Source: Lama guanicoe (Eukaryota). Taken from it: a DNA stretch of 64,000 nt. The stretch spans positions 12,193,325-12,257,324 of the forward strand of contig MU054187.1 in NCBI GenBank assembly GCA_013239625.1, read 5' to 3'. Of this stretch, positions 1 to 13,900 are shown piece after piece. Numbering within the stretch: position 1 is the stretch's first letter; every line of letters begins with the position of its first letter. The notes beneath the pieces were generated by a model, which saw nothing but the letters and a program-made list of their open reading frames with translations, was not told where the DNA came from and made no database searches. The translations under genes were made by a program, and so were the position numbers.

Positions 1-2036
1 AAACGTACTCCTGCCTCCTCTTACAGATCTGAATTTTACAGAAACTTCAGTGTCTGTTCTGTAAATTGGCTGCTGCTGAATTACCCTGTTGTAGTCTCTT
101 TGCTCCATGTATATTTTTTCAGTAAGACTGGAATGTCCTTGAGGATACATGTTAATGTCATTTATTTCTTTTCAACTGAAACCTACTTCTGTTTTATTAT
201 CAATCCTTAGAAATGTATATACTAGTTCAATAAAAAGATAATAAAAGAAAAAGACATCTTTTTTTGGCGGGGGTGATGCATCAGACAAATCAAAGAGAGG
301 AATCGAAGAATGTCTGATTTTGAGAGTTAAAGGGTGTAAAGGTCACCAGATCACCTTCCTCATCTACAGATGAGAAAACTGATGTCTAAAGAAATTCCAA
401 CTACTGGAAGAGCTGGAGTCAGAACAAATCCTAATTCTCATTTTGGTATTATTTTCTTTACTGTTCCTTGTGTTTTATCTAAAAAATATTAGGACCAGTA
501 GGACAGGGAAAGAGGGAGTCAAAAAGAGGGCCAATCATTAGACAGATAAACATATCCCAAAATCACTAGTTAGAAAATGCTTAAGAGGCCATCTAGGTGG
601 ATACAATGTTAAGCCACAGGCAGGAGGCTGCAGAGGAATAAAGAAGGAAACAAACCCTAGAGAGAAAAAGGAAATACCAAGTTAATTGCCAGAAACTGTT
701 TGACAGAAGGAAACATTGCTAGCTTTAGCCAGACACCTGAGACGTTTATTTCACCACCAGTATTCTTAAAAGCGTATGCATATAACGGAGACTATGTAAT
801 CAAAGAAAAAAGTTTTATTAATTCAGGTTAATAAGTAAGTTGAAAGCTTTTATGCTCAAAGTACAATATAAAGTAAGGCCAAGAGCTCTTTAGACAAGTG
901 AATTAATAATAGTGAATTAATAGGCACAGGTCCTCTGAGGAAGTCATAAAATTACTGAAGAGATTTGAAAAATACTAGTTACTTGAAATAAGAAATCCCA
1001 TTTTCTTGTTCATTTACTGGAGAATATAATAAAAGAATCTCACACGAGTATTCGCGTACTTTCTATTACTGTGGGTCATCGCACCAGAAACGTTAGCCAT
1101 AATGGAACCCGAAAGGGCCTTTTCCTACTTGCTGTGGTAACAATACGACCAGCTAGTGGAGACAGTTTTCAGAAAAGGAACAAAAATACTTGCTAACTCA
1201 GGACTTGACCTTATTCTGTACTAAAATATGCACTTCTTTTTACCCATGAAGATGTTCTTAGCATCATCAGTTTAAGTGAGAATATAAAAAAAGAGCCACT
1301 GAGTAAGTGGGAGCAGCACTGTTCCGGAGCAGCCTCTGAGGTGAGCCCACGCTGTGAATCACCCACTTTCCAATACGGCCCATCATGATCACGTCTACTT
1401 GGACGGCATCTCCGAATCAAGATGGGGAAGCAGGGAGGGTGGGGTGGAGGCAGCACACAGTGATGCCACTTGTAGGGCCACCCAAGAGTGTGCAAAGCCC
1501 ATTTAGGGCTCCCAGGCTGAGAGCATTTGGACCTCTATACGCCACCTGTTCCTCAGCGTTTTATTTTTAGAACGTCTTATATACCCACATGGTACTCTTT
1601 TCACAAGTTGGACTTAAAATAAGTTGAATCTCAAGCTTCTCCTGACCTCCTTCTTACATGGCCATGGAGAAAAAGGACAAAACAGAGTCGGCTGGCTGGA
1701 CAGGGTCTGCCGGGGGGGGGGGGGCACTGGACAATCAGACGAGCCCCATGGAACAGTTGTTGTATGAGCACTTTCCATCTGAATTATTTTCACGTACTTT
1801 AAATACAAGGTCAAATAGATCATCCATTCACGGTCAACGTCAACAGATGTCCTTCTCTCCATGACTTATAAGGTAAACACTTAACACAAGCATCTCTAAA
1901 AAACAACTCCGTTACTCTCATCCCCACTGACATAATACAGTTCTGTTTTACCCCCTCTAGTCAAGACAGTGTGTGCATGGGGGTGGGGTGGGCTGGGGTG
2001 GGCTGGTGAAGAGGGACCCAGAAGGCAGTCATTTAC

Positions 2037-2214
2037 CTATAGACTTTGGCAGCAGGTTTTTGACGAACTCAGTGTGGTCCCCAACGTGCAGGATGCTGTA
2101 TACACTTTTGTTCATCAGCTCTTCCTGGTTATACCTTAGGTACTGTGTCACATTCTCTGAAACAAACACAACGTTGCCTTCCAGGTTCACTACAAAGAAG
2201 AACCCATCAAGGGC
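2037..2214 (-). CDS. NCOA2: NCOA2 coding exon (178 nt, human exon 6 equivalent), [63 protein letters not shown]
   Basis: Read manually on the minus strand; absent from the ORF track. Acceptor ccttag|GCC at 2215/2214, donor ATAG|gtaaat at 2037/2036. Phase 0 start matches the preceding exon. Confidence 0.97.
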
Positions 2215-3196
2215 CTAAGGGAAGAGGCACAAACTGGGTTAGAAAGGATGCAGCATAAAATCACACGCGACTGTTAAGAAGCGAATGATCCCTTTAAAGG
2301 AAACATGTAATTCATATGTGGAGAGAAAAGCCATCTCTCTCCCGCTTCTCCCAGCATCCAGATACAATTAACACATTTCCTCTTGGTGAAATTATTCCAT
2401 CTTGGTTAAGTGGGAGAGAGCCTACATCAGGGCTTTTTGTCACAACTAATGACAAACATTCACTCTGTTAATTTATCAGGGGATAATTATTGCCAAGTAA
2501 AAGTATGTAGGCCTCTCTCTGCAGTCGCCAAATGAGATTAATGTACTCCATAGGGCCAAGAACAACTTTTATGCATCTGATCCAATACAGAGTAATTATT
2601 TTGTATAGTTCCTCATGTAATACAATGGGAGCAAGGTCACTGATAATTTTCCCTCAGTTTAAGGATAAATGCCAAGAAAAAAAAAATCAGAAAATTTTAC
2701 TGCCTTTAAAGCTGCCAAGGTTTAAATGAAAAGAATCCAAGGTGGTCTCAGACCTTGTAAGAAACAATAATCCTCTAGTGTTTGGTGTAAATGGGGAAGG
2801 GGTCTGGGAAGTGCATCTCTCATGTGACAAACTAGTACTCTTCCTGGGGACCTCATGTTGAGATACGGCCAGCACTGTCTAGGGACTAGAGTGGGACCTG
2901 AGGTTTAGCTTTTTAACAGTGAGAACTAGAAAGTTAACTAACTGTGCCCGTCCGTATTCCTTGTTCTGTGGGTTGTTAAGATGCAGGTTCCTAAATCACC
3001 TAGACAGTGTAGCATTTTTCCTGTGATAGGTGCATCACCTCACTTTGCTGTCATTCCAAAGTATATTACGAAACATGAAAGATCTAGGATCATTTCAGGA
3101 AATAAAGAGAAGAATAATGGATATTGACACGTTTACTGAGTTTCAAACACACAGTGTCATTTTAATATTTATAACTCTGAAAGAAATGGTTTACAT

Positions 3197-3300
3197 TTTC
3201 TTCCCTTTTCTTTCTTTCTTTTTCCTTCCTTCCTTCCTTCCTCCCTCCCTCCCTCCCTGTCTCTCCCCCACCTCCATCCCTCTCGCTTTCTTTCTTTTTT
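3197..3300. repeat. Polypyrimidine low-complexity tract (TTTC/TTCC/CTCC)n
   Basis: Directly visible. Confidence 0.9.
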
Positions 3301-3319
3301 ATAGGAATGGTTTATCTTT

Positions 3320-3455
3320 TCTTATTTATAGAGGATGGAAAAATTGAGACTCAGAGAGGTTAACTGATTTGCCCAAGCTCTTGCAACTAACCAGTCAGTG
3401 GTAGAGGTGGGACGCAAATCCAGGTGGACCTGACTCCAAAGCCCGTGCTGTCAAT
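3320..3455 (-). mobile_element. MIR SINE
   Basis: gaaaaattgagactcagagaggttaactgatttgcccaag...ctgactccaaagccc, the MIR core. Confidence 0.8.
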
Positions 3456-3931
3456 TTCTGTGCAGCCCAGTGCTCTCCTCCAGTTGCTTCCCCAGCCCCT
3501 CTTCCTAGCATGGTCACCTTGGCTGGGAGCTCAGGGAGTTTCTCTTAGTTCTCCTTTCCCTTTCTGACGTGGACTTGTCAGTACTGTTTTGTGGGTCAGG
3601 TGAGTGATCAGGACTAGAAGAGTCTGGACATGGATCAGGCATACCGTGGGCCAGGGCCACGTGGTCCACCCAGGTGATGTCACAGGTTCTTCATGCTTTG
3701 TATTTACTACTACTGTGGACACAAATGCTATGTGTACACACTGAATGATGAGTATGAATGGGGCATAACGTGTTTATTTTTCCTCTAGTTTGTTTTTTCC
3801 TTAAGTTATTATTTAACAGGCTCCTATTTTGGGAGCTTTGAGTATATTCCATCTTTAATTCTATTTTCATCACAAAAGTGTTCTCTCAAATTAGAACTGA
3901 CCATAAGGCCCCAAAAGAAAGCTCTTAAAAT

Positions 3932-3950
3932 ACACACACACACACACACA
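3932..3950. repeat. (AC)n microsatellite
   Basis: Directly visible. Confidence 0.9.
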
Positions 3951-6214
3951 TATCTTACCACTTGGTTTTAAGTTTTTCTTAAATGTTCAGCCAGGTTTTC
4001 CAAATGGTATAAACAATAAAAGGGGTAAACTAACACTATACGTAAATATCCTTCCAAAAAGGTTGGCATTGACTGTTGGAAACCTTGTATAAAGGTGTGC
4101 CTGAAGGGGTGTGGTCTGTGAGGGTGGGGACAGGAAGTCAGTCAGTTGATTAGCTATGGACCAAGTGTCCTTTTAAACTCACTGCTTTAAATACACTTTC
4201 AACAGTGATTTTCATAATTGTATTACCTATTGTTCACTTTTGAAAGTACATGTAGCTTCCTACTGCCTTGTACCATGTACAAAGCCTGACTGTGGCAAAA
4301 TACAACTGAAAAATGGAATTGTTTCATCTTATAAAACTCTTTGTTTTTTTAAAGCTCACTATGATATGCTGATGAAAAAAGCTGACATTTGGTTTGGTTG
4401 CCTAGCAACCACTATGCTATGATGTAAGCATGAGTGTGCATCTATGCCGAGAACAGCTCAACCAGAACGAGGTTTCTCTGTCTAAATTATTACATGTAAA
4501 CAGGGATAAAGATTTAAATTCATATCTTCAGTCTCCAGATTCAAAACTTTATCTCTCACATATTTAGCACTAAAGTCCTGCTACACAGGTATTTGCTCAA
4601 TGTTCTGAATTCTCAGAAGACTATTTTGAAACAGTAAAAATGCTGATTTGATGTTATGAGACAAGGTCCACTGATATCTAGCAATCTGGATATCTAGCAA
4701 TCTGATTTCTGCAATTAGTGAACTTGCTCTCAAAAAGCTTAAGTCATAGCCCTGTGGTTACTCCAAGCATTTCTTTCTAGGAGCCTCAAAAATCGTCCCA
4801 AGAGTTTTCACCCTACTTTAGTTTCCCCTGATGTAAGGAATAAACAGAGGTATGTGGAAATTTCCTTGTTTTAATAAATGAGATTACCATCACTTTCAAA
4901 CTAATTTTGATTATAATTCAAAAAAAATTTTACAGGTTCTTTCATCTCTCAATAGTCCATCTAGTTAAGAGTTTTCTTATCGGCTTCTGAGAACCAGCCA
5001 GACAGAACTAACACTCTCTGGCCGTCCACTGCCTTGTGGACTCTGGGAATTCAAGTTAAGTGTGTTTTCGCTTTTTCCCTGAAAATTATAGTTGGATGTT
5101 TTCAAGCTAGTGATTCTAGAGGGCCAGCAGGGTCAGCCTCAAGGAATGAATTTTGTCATTTCTAAATATAAAGACTGGGTCAGACAATCTTTAAATTTTT
5201 TTCTGTGCCCCCCCACACCCCTCCAATGATACGGCAGATTTTCACAGAATTAGATTTTCTAAAAATAAAAATCATCTTATGCAGCAGCTGATAAAAAGGG
5301 GGCAATTACTGGTTATCTCTGCTTTAAAAATCCCAGTTCCTCCTCCACGTGTGGCTGCTGCAAGTCAAGCGCCGCTGCAGTGATGGTGCTGCAGAGCCTC
5401 TGGCCAGGCAGCGATTCGCAATCTCATCATGTCATCAGCAGAGTAAATTATCCTGAGGACCGACATAATTTACGTCTCAGGGCTCCTCTTCTTGTTAAAT
5501 ATTCACTGACATTTTTTCCCTCATCTTACCACAGCCTACATCTTGAATTTTAATTTTGGAATAGGTACAGCAAAGGACTTGGTGTTTAATACAGTACTGG
5601 TTAACAAAATAAGAAAGTGGGACTTCACAAATTCCAGACAGTAGTCTGGTCATAAAACTTCCGAAAGGTAATAAAGAATGGGCAGTTAAGTCCAACCATT
5701 ACACTGGAGGTGCTTATCTTGAAAGTTCTGCCTGTTACTTCAATTTTCATCTTAATGAAATAAATAACCTAGTTTGAAGTAGCATAAATAAAAAGTGTAA
5801 ATCTCCTTTGGTCTTCCAATTTTAACCTGTATATATAGGCTCATGTACATGCATATACAAAAATCTAAGAATTCTAGGAATATTTCAAACCATAATATAT
5901 TATACCACAGAATTTAATAGGACTTGGGAACATGGTTTTCTAAAAGGAATGCTCACCTGGCAGTTAAAGCCTTTCAAATTTATATTCTAGTTAACTTAAT
6001 TCTACAATTTTAATCTGAAATGTATATAAGCAGGAATCAGGAGCTAAAAGATGGATACATATTAGGAAGCTCAAGAGGTTAGCAGTACTTTAACGTTAAC
6101 AGTGAAAACCGAGTGTGGATTATCCTTAAATTATATTCACCTGAAAATTAAATGTAATACTGTGAAAGTCATCAACAGTGTAAAAAGTACAGAACCAAAA
6201 TGGGGATGTGCTAC

Positions 6215-6318
6215 CTCAAGCATCATAGGGCCCAGCGCGTCCTTGTCGATGACGCCCTGCCCAGTGGACGACACGTCTGATTTCTGCACCTCGTCTATGT
6301 TGGCAGCTGCTGCTTTCT
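6215..6318 (-). CDS. NCOA2: NCOA2 coding exon (104 nt, exon 5 equivalent): [35 protein letters not shown]
   Basis: Contained in ORF 6137..6331(-). Acceptor gttgcag|AGAAA, donor GAG|gtagca. Phase 1 to phase 0 is consistent with both neighbours. Confidence 0.97.
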
Positions 6319-7789
6319 CTGCAACAAACATGAGTGTAAATTAAATGGCAGTGCTAGTTCCAGGACAGAGTGACACAGAAATACTTTTATTGTAATGATT
6401 TTAAAAATCTCTAGTGGGATCAGATATGGCTCTAAGGGTTGGAGAACATCCCCGGCGCCACTGAACGGAGAAAGTGCTGGCAGCAGGAGCCAGAACGTTC
6501 ACTTGCCACCTCTAGAACCTGCAGCTCGGTGCCCCTTTCAGGCTGCTGAGAAAATGAGTTCAGTGGTTTCACGCCAGTCCCTGACAAGTATTTTTCCTAG
6601 ACGGCAAAACTGCTCCACAGCTCGGCACAATGAATCTGCTGCAGAGGTTCCCCAAGCTGGGAAGACGAAAGGCCTGCTATTCAGGCTTCGGTGCTGTAAG
6701 CAGAGAGGCACTGGCGCAGGTCTGAGGAAGGATAAACACGAGTCCCGACCGCTGGGGCCGCTCTGGAGCCGCTGCCCTGGCTCCCAGACGGCCCGGCCTC
6801 TTGTCACTTGCACGTCTAACGCAACCAGAATGATGAGGTCCCTGTCTGACTGCAGGTGCTTAACGATTTAAGGCAGGGAGAAGTGGCACCCTATTGAGCA
6901 CCGTGAGAACTCCAACGGTGGCCCTTTCGTCTAGTGCAGACGTGCGTGATCTGCGCCCCTGGACTGAAATGTGTGAGGCAACTTCCAGGCTCACCCCGAG
7001 GCCCTGGAAGACATTCCATCGTAGAAAAATCTCATGGAAGAAACAGATGCCAAGTCATCAAAATTTATGTAAACTGGTTATATCAAGAACACCACAAAAA
7101 GTTTAAAGCATGACAGATACACCCCAACAACTTGCTAGAAAACAATACAAAAACAATGTGCCAATTACTTGTACTGGAATAAATTACACCCTTGTTTACA
7201 CTGCATGTTATCGTTGTAATTAAATGCAAATACAGGAAACTGTGTATCAATTTAGTACTGGAATCAACTTGCTTTCATGACCTTAGTGAATCCTGCTTTT
7301 ATTGGGGGGGAGAGTAAGATTTTATACAGTACTTAAAAAACTTGTAAAGCTTAATTTGTACTGGAGAACCTAGGCAATAGTTAGGAATTATGCTGGTCTG
7401 CTCCACGACAGAGAGCTTCAGAGGAAAAGGGAAAAGGACCTGTGTAGTTCAAGTAGGACTCGGGACGTATGTGGCAGAGCACATCACGTCAACTTTTTAA
7501 GGCCTTAGTACCTGCCCTCCTGCATCACGAAGCATTAACAGGAGTCAGGGAGATGATATGTACAACACACTTTAAAAACTACACCATAGTTTACAAACGT
7601 GTAACTCACTGCTAGCATTTCTGTCTTTGTTAGCTATTCCTTACTGAGTTCGAAAAACAGCTTATAAGCAGAGAGTATCTGTTTTCTCAATTACATTATT
7701 GTTTTTTGTGGTATCTGTATTATTGCCTCATTTTAGGGCAAAATAAATACAAAATAACAATGTTTGGGGCAATCCATTTCTGAGTCCTT

Positions 7790-7950
7790 TTTTAGAAAAA
7801 CTGAAGTATAGTTGATTTATAATATATCAGTTTCAGGTGTACAACATAGTGTTTCCATGTTTTTATAGATTGTACTCCACTGAAAGTTATTATAAAATAT
7901 TGGTCATATTCCTTGAGTTGTACATTGTATCCTTATGTCTTATTATATTT
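7790..7950 (-). mobile_element. Short artiodactyl-type L1 3' terminus
   Basis: tgaagtatagttgattta..at..tagtttcaggtgtacaacatagtg is the typical antisense L1 3' end signature. Confidence 0.75.
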
Positions 7951-10900
7951 TTATTTTCCAAGTCTTTTAAAAACAATTAATATACATATTGAAATATGAA
8001 GATCTGACCATCATTCTGAAGACCCAAAAGCTTCTAAATTCACTCATATTTTGTGGAATTAAAAAAATTCAAACTTGGAAAACTCATTCATGCAGGTTGA
8101 AAAACACTGATAAATTTTCAGGTTGGGGTATTCTAAATATTCTGGCAACATGCTCACTGTATTTTCGACTTTCATCAGAAAATACGTAGAAAGAGATTGT
8201 ATCTGTACAGCAGTTCCTTTCATTTTTAGGAATCTACAGATCAGATATAATTTAGGGTGAAGGCCTAAAATTTAATGGAAGAGATCACTTGGAGTGGATA
8301 AAACGTGTTTGGGCTCTACTGGAAAGCCTGGATAAAAATAATTTTCGTCCTGGAAAATTAATCACAATAATGAAACACTTTATTTTTTTCTCTTTATATA
8401 ACATTCAACTGGTAAGCCTTTAAAAGAAGAAAAGTGGCAGCTAACAAGAAGTCACGGGATGAGGGGCTAGAATGAGGAAATCGACCAGTAACAGCATCCA
8501 AGCGTCTCGGCGCATTGCTATGGTCTCCCTCATGCTTCCAGGGCAGGTGGAGTGACGATCTTCATCCCCTGAGAGATGACGCCTACCCAGGGGTGGGGCA
8601 CGACACTTACAGGTGAGCCAAGTGAGAACAGCTTAGGGCTGAACTGCAGGGAACTGACTTTACGTTCAAAGAAGAGATAAAAATGGCTGGATGTAGCTGA
8701 AAATAGTTCAGGTCCACTGCAGCTGCGCTGGACCCTGCAGGACCACAAGCAGATGGCAAAAGCAGCGGGTGTGTGGCGTCTGCCTCCAAGGACATCTCAC
8801 CCTGGCCTATGATGAAACCAGTGTTAAGGAACAATGGCAAAAAGTTTGTCTAAGCTAGAATTCTAGGGATCCCTGATTAAAAATGAAAACAACAAAAAGT
8901 TTCCCAAGGTCAATCTGAAATCGTATTAGTGGAACACGTGCTGGGAAAGAAAATTCCAGATGAAGCCATTGGTTATTTACAGGAGAACTTTTAAAATGTT
9001 CAATATTTACACAATACTATTCACACATGTATTACGAGAATGGGAAATTTTCACTACTCACAGGGTAAATGAATAAGAGACAAAGGGCTGAACTGAGGGC
9101 CGCTCACTCCTGTCCTCACTGAATGTTTGGATATATGCATCTTCCCGCTAATCTGCCATCTGTTAATCAATTCTGTATTAGATGTGTGCTTTGACTATTT
9201 CTCAATATTAAAAAGTCTATAATATGAAGTGATAGAAAATATCCAGAAACATGGCTTTGCCAATGTAACTGGAATCTAAATGAAACTGGCCATGAATTTA
9301 TGTTATTTGTGTACTTTTCATGAAGTAACCACTACCTCTGTACCATGTTCATTCGGGCTTTGAAATTAAATAGGAGGGAAAAAAAGGACTCCTTTGGGAC
9401 ATACTCTTAAGTTAACTGAACATATACTGGTATCCTGATGGAGCATTTTAGTAGTAAGAACGCTATTTTTATGTCCCAGATATAAATAAGCTTAAATCCT
9501 TAGACATATTTATACTTCTGTAAGACCAGCATTACCATACTAAAACACACTATTTAATATTTTTAAATTAGGCAGTTTTCTCAGCGGTCACAAATTATAT
9601 TTACTTTTCTATATTTTGCATCCATTAACCATAAAAATATATTCTGTTACAAAAATATCCTTCAGTAAACTCAACAGTAGAAAGATCATCCTTGAGTTTC
9701 AAACGATCAAAACCGTATGCAATCTCTTTATTACAGATGGAACTCTTAAATCGAACAAAAAAAGAAGATAAAATTTAATTTTCAGAGCCTCCAAGATTTC
9801 TCCTCCATGCCCCAACTTCCATTTCTTCCTGCTGCACTTCAACTATCAAAGTGATTCTTTTTAGATAGACTAAGACCTAAGAGAATAACAATGAAAATAA
9901 TTCTATCCTTTTCTTCCTCACTCCCCAAAGGACAAAAATACCATAAAATAGCTGTGACCTTTTTAATAGCACAGCTTCACAAATGCAAAGCTCTGATTCG
10001 AACACTGTCGAAGGATGCCTCTGTCCTCTCCCGCCTCGTGTCCCTTCCCTCCCGGGTGGCTGCTCCCGGAGCAGTCCATCCGGTTCCCTCCTCCGTTTGC
10101 CTGTACTCTAGAAATCCAATACCAATTAATTAGATTTCCAGTTTCAAGGCGAAGAACAAAACCCCATCTCTTCAGGGACTGCGTTAAGATGAGTCACAAC
10201 ACAAACCGGGGAGAGTCGTTAATATAATATTCCATACACTTTTCTTGGTAAGTAATTATTCTTTGCATTTTCCTCTCAGAACACAAGGAAAGGTGAACAG
10301 GGAAGCGTATGAGCTGTAGATATTTAAGTGATTTAAAAATACGAAGGAAAAGTACAATTTAAGTTTCCTGGTGAGAACAGAAGCAAATCAGGAACCGCAA
10401 TTCTTGCAAAAATTGATTTATTCTTTAAAACAGTATTCTTAGCTATTTTTAAAGTATAAAGTGATTTTTTTAAAAGAAATTTATGTGTTATTAAAAAACA
10501 GCATTTATTGATTTTTGGTAACTGAGTGAATCTTATAATATTAGAAGGTCTTATCTATTTGTTCATTGGGCAACTGAACTAACAAACATGACCTCAAAGG
10601 GCCTTCCCACAGAATGCGGACAGAGTCGTACCTCCTCACAGGGCTGCAGTCACAGCGCAGGGGACAGCCACATCCTTGTGCCAATGCCAACAGCAGCAGA
10701 GGCAACCACCAATGACTTAGAAACCAAAATGCTGTTTAACGTCTGCCCATTAGAGGGCCAGTGTGATGCGGCCATTATTAGAGAAGTTTATACTCTTTCT
10801 TTTCTCCTTTTTTAAAACCCTCTGAAGACGCCATGGAAAACTTGTGGAAATTAGTTTATCTTAAAAAAGAATTAAACAAGTATCAGTTATTCACTCTGTA

Positions 10901-13900
10901 AGAATACGTCAGTGGGAAGATAATCCATAGGGTATTTACATCCACATACAAAAAAATGTTAACACTGCCCACAGTTAGATCTCCCTGGCACAGAACAAGT
11001 AAGAGGTTCAAGTTGCTTTCATGATTGTCAAGCATGAGGATGGTTGCTTTTACTAAAGTAGTATTATTTAAAGTATTAGCATCTTTGACTAAAATGGAAC
11101 CTCATACTTCATGCAGGTTTTATAATTAATTCCACTGCTCCAAAATGAGTAAAATCACTCACCCAGATACCTATCAATTTTTCAGGAGACTGACATCAAA
11201 CACAAGTCTAATCACCTCCACAACAAATTTTTAAGACTCTAGTGGGAATACATCCACAATTTCCATCTTTTCCTGCATTTAGGAGAGCTGGATGATTTCA
11301 GGTGAAGTGCCCGTCAAACCTAGCAGCCCTGGGACCCACGCAGAGCAAAGAAGTCATTGAAACAGTGACAGGCGGTTTCTGGCCAAGCACTATAGATAAA
11401 ATATTACAGGAGAAGTTATGTGGCATCTCAAAGGTTCTAGAAGGTAAAACCAGAGAATTATGCATCTGCACCCAACTAAAATTAGAAAAGCTGCCATCTG
11501 GCTCTGTGAAGCCAGCAGCACATTCTTATTCATTAGGAAGCATTCTGCTAACATAAAAACACAAGGCCCTTCCTGTGCTCTCCCAAATGTGTTTATCTTC
11601 TCCACATTAATGCACTATATATCATCAGGCTGCTGAAATCTCCTGCCGTGCATATTAAAAACGCGCAGCTGCACTTTCTTTAGTACTGGGAGGAACCTCA
11701 GCTCCCAGTCGCCTGCCTCTGACATTGAGCTTAGCGAACGAACACACATCATGGTTCCCTTCAGCACCAAGAGACTGCAAAATGAACCCATCTCAAGGCC
11801 ACTCCATCCAGCAAAGCCCCCTCGCTCTCTGCGGCAGAGACAGCAACGTGCTTAGTTTCGTTCTCATGAGTGGTGAGGCATGACTACCTACATGGGCCCC
11901 ACAAGTTTGAAATATGTAGGCTCTACTTTTAAAATGAATGGACTACACTTATCAAGAGAGAAAACAAACCAGAAAAGATTCTGGGCATAACTGGCTAGAA
12001 AGTGCTTTTGTTTGTAAGAACTATCACTGAATCTGCTATCACCACTGGACCATTTTATGTGGTGCCCCACTTCACACGTGAACTATCAATACTGAATGTA
12101 TCGATAGGTAAAACTGACAGTGGATAATCTTGCATAGTAAGCCATGAAAGTATGTAACAATTTGTCCAAAATTTTCTTTTACCTAATCTAAATATGTTTA
12201 CAGTGCAGGAGCTTAGACTTAAAGATAGGTCACAGGAGGAAAAAAAAAAAAAGGCAGATGCACAGTAAACCACATCGTCAGTGGCTTCAGGAATTCTGCA
12301 AGTGAGTCAAGCGAGAGGCAACGAGCACATGTCCTTACAGCCACAGGTCAGCGTCCATTCCCTCTCCAGCGTGAGCATGGTGGGTCTCTGCCTGAATCTT
12401 CTCCAGCAATGGAGTATTAAGAGATGAAGTCAAAATAAAACATGAAAACTGCTTATTTAGAGTTAATTCTATTTCACTGGGTGCTGCTCGCTAAGGCGTT
12501 AGGAGTTATGTGGCATCATGATTTGTTTATTAGAGGCTGAAAGGTGAGACTGAGACTACATGAGACTACATGAGGGTAGAAAAAAATCAACAGGTGTGAA
12601 AGAAATAAGACGTGAGGTAAAGTTCAAATGCAGTGCTGAGAACATTTGAGGGCAGCCTCTCAAAGACCAAACTATGAAAATGCTCTATTTCTTTCAATTA
12701 TATATGTTAAATCAAACAATGCCAGCAAAATTACACTACAGGAGTATGTAATATTTTAATAAATAGGTTAATATATGGAAATTATAGGAAAAGTTGTTTC
12801 TAAAAATCCTTTAAAACACTTTGGTCTAAGTAGTATAAACATTTTAACCTGCAAATCATTCTGTTTCTTAGCACAGGAAAACTCACCTCCCAACAGTCCT
12901 ACCCGACACTCCAGCAATATTTTGTGTCTAGCTTCCCAAGTGCACCATCCTGGTTGAAGATTTCAAGTCTTTTCTCAGACTGTTCCATTTGCACAGATGC
13001 CCTTCCACCTGTTCTCTTTAAAGACCCATCACTGTGAAGCCCTTCCCTCTGCTCCTGCAAAACCCTGTGCCTAACTCCCCTCGAACAGTTCTCTCCCCCT
13101 CTTACTGTGAGATGATGATTTACACTCACATCTGTCCCTTGGCTACAGGAGACGTCTTTTTACTCACTGGTTGGCACACAGTCGGGGCTCAATAATGTTT
13201 GTGTTCATACTGAAGAGTTTTACAGCTGCAGCTGAAATTCAGGATATATAGAATCTAAAAATCACAAATGCCTGTTTAGAAGGATCTGTTCTGAAGGGTT
13301 TTACTGCATACTTAACATAATGGAGGGCCATTCTAAGACTCTGACTTTTGTAGTCAAAGTATGAAGTAGACAAGGAATGAGAAAGGTACGTGCTCAGGGC
13401 ATCGGGAAAATTCCCACACTGGTCAGGCCAGTGGGGACAGCATTTGGTGGGGAGAAAAGTCACTGATGCTCCTTCCACTAGTGAGAGATGACGAAAAACA
13501 AAAACAGACCCACTCTACTCACCCAGATTACCACCTAGGAAGTCACAGCCTGTTCCATTAGAAAAGGTAGTTTGGGCATGGAGGGAGTTTTGTTTTTTGT
13601 TTTTAATCAGACTCTGGGATTTTCCCAGCCACTCATAGTTCTTAAGAAAATAAACCAACCCAGGTAGATTTCTACAAATCACTCATTTACCTGGGGACCC
13701 AGAAAGAAGAGTGCTTCATCAGGTCTCTTGTTCTTCTCAGAGTGGGCCTCCAAGAGGAGGGTCGCTGCCTGAACTGGGAGAGCCATCTAGAAAGTGAGGG
13801 TGGGCCGGAGGAGGGGCTGGAATCCTCACAGGGGCGGGCAAGGTTCCTGCCCTGTTCAACTTTGGACACCCAGTGACTAGCATGAAGCTTACACCACAGA

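Noticed and set aside
340..353. DR2-like nuclear receptor element AGGTCAccAGATCA
   Set aside because: Imperfect, next to a MIR-like fragment, and expected by chance in 64 kb.
1108..1117. CCC-GAAA-GGG GNRA hairpin as part of a ribozyme
   Set aside because: Only a 3-bp stem and no adjacent hammerhead CUGANGA core.
6395..6871. 158-aa plus-strand ORF
   Set aside because: No recognisable homology; explained by stop-codon scarcity in a GC-rich stretch.
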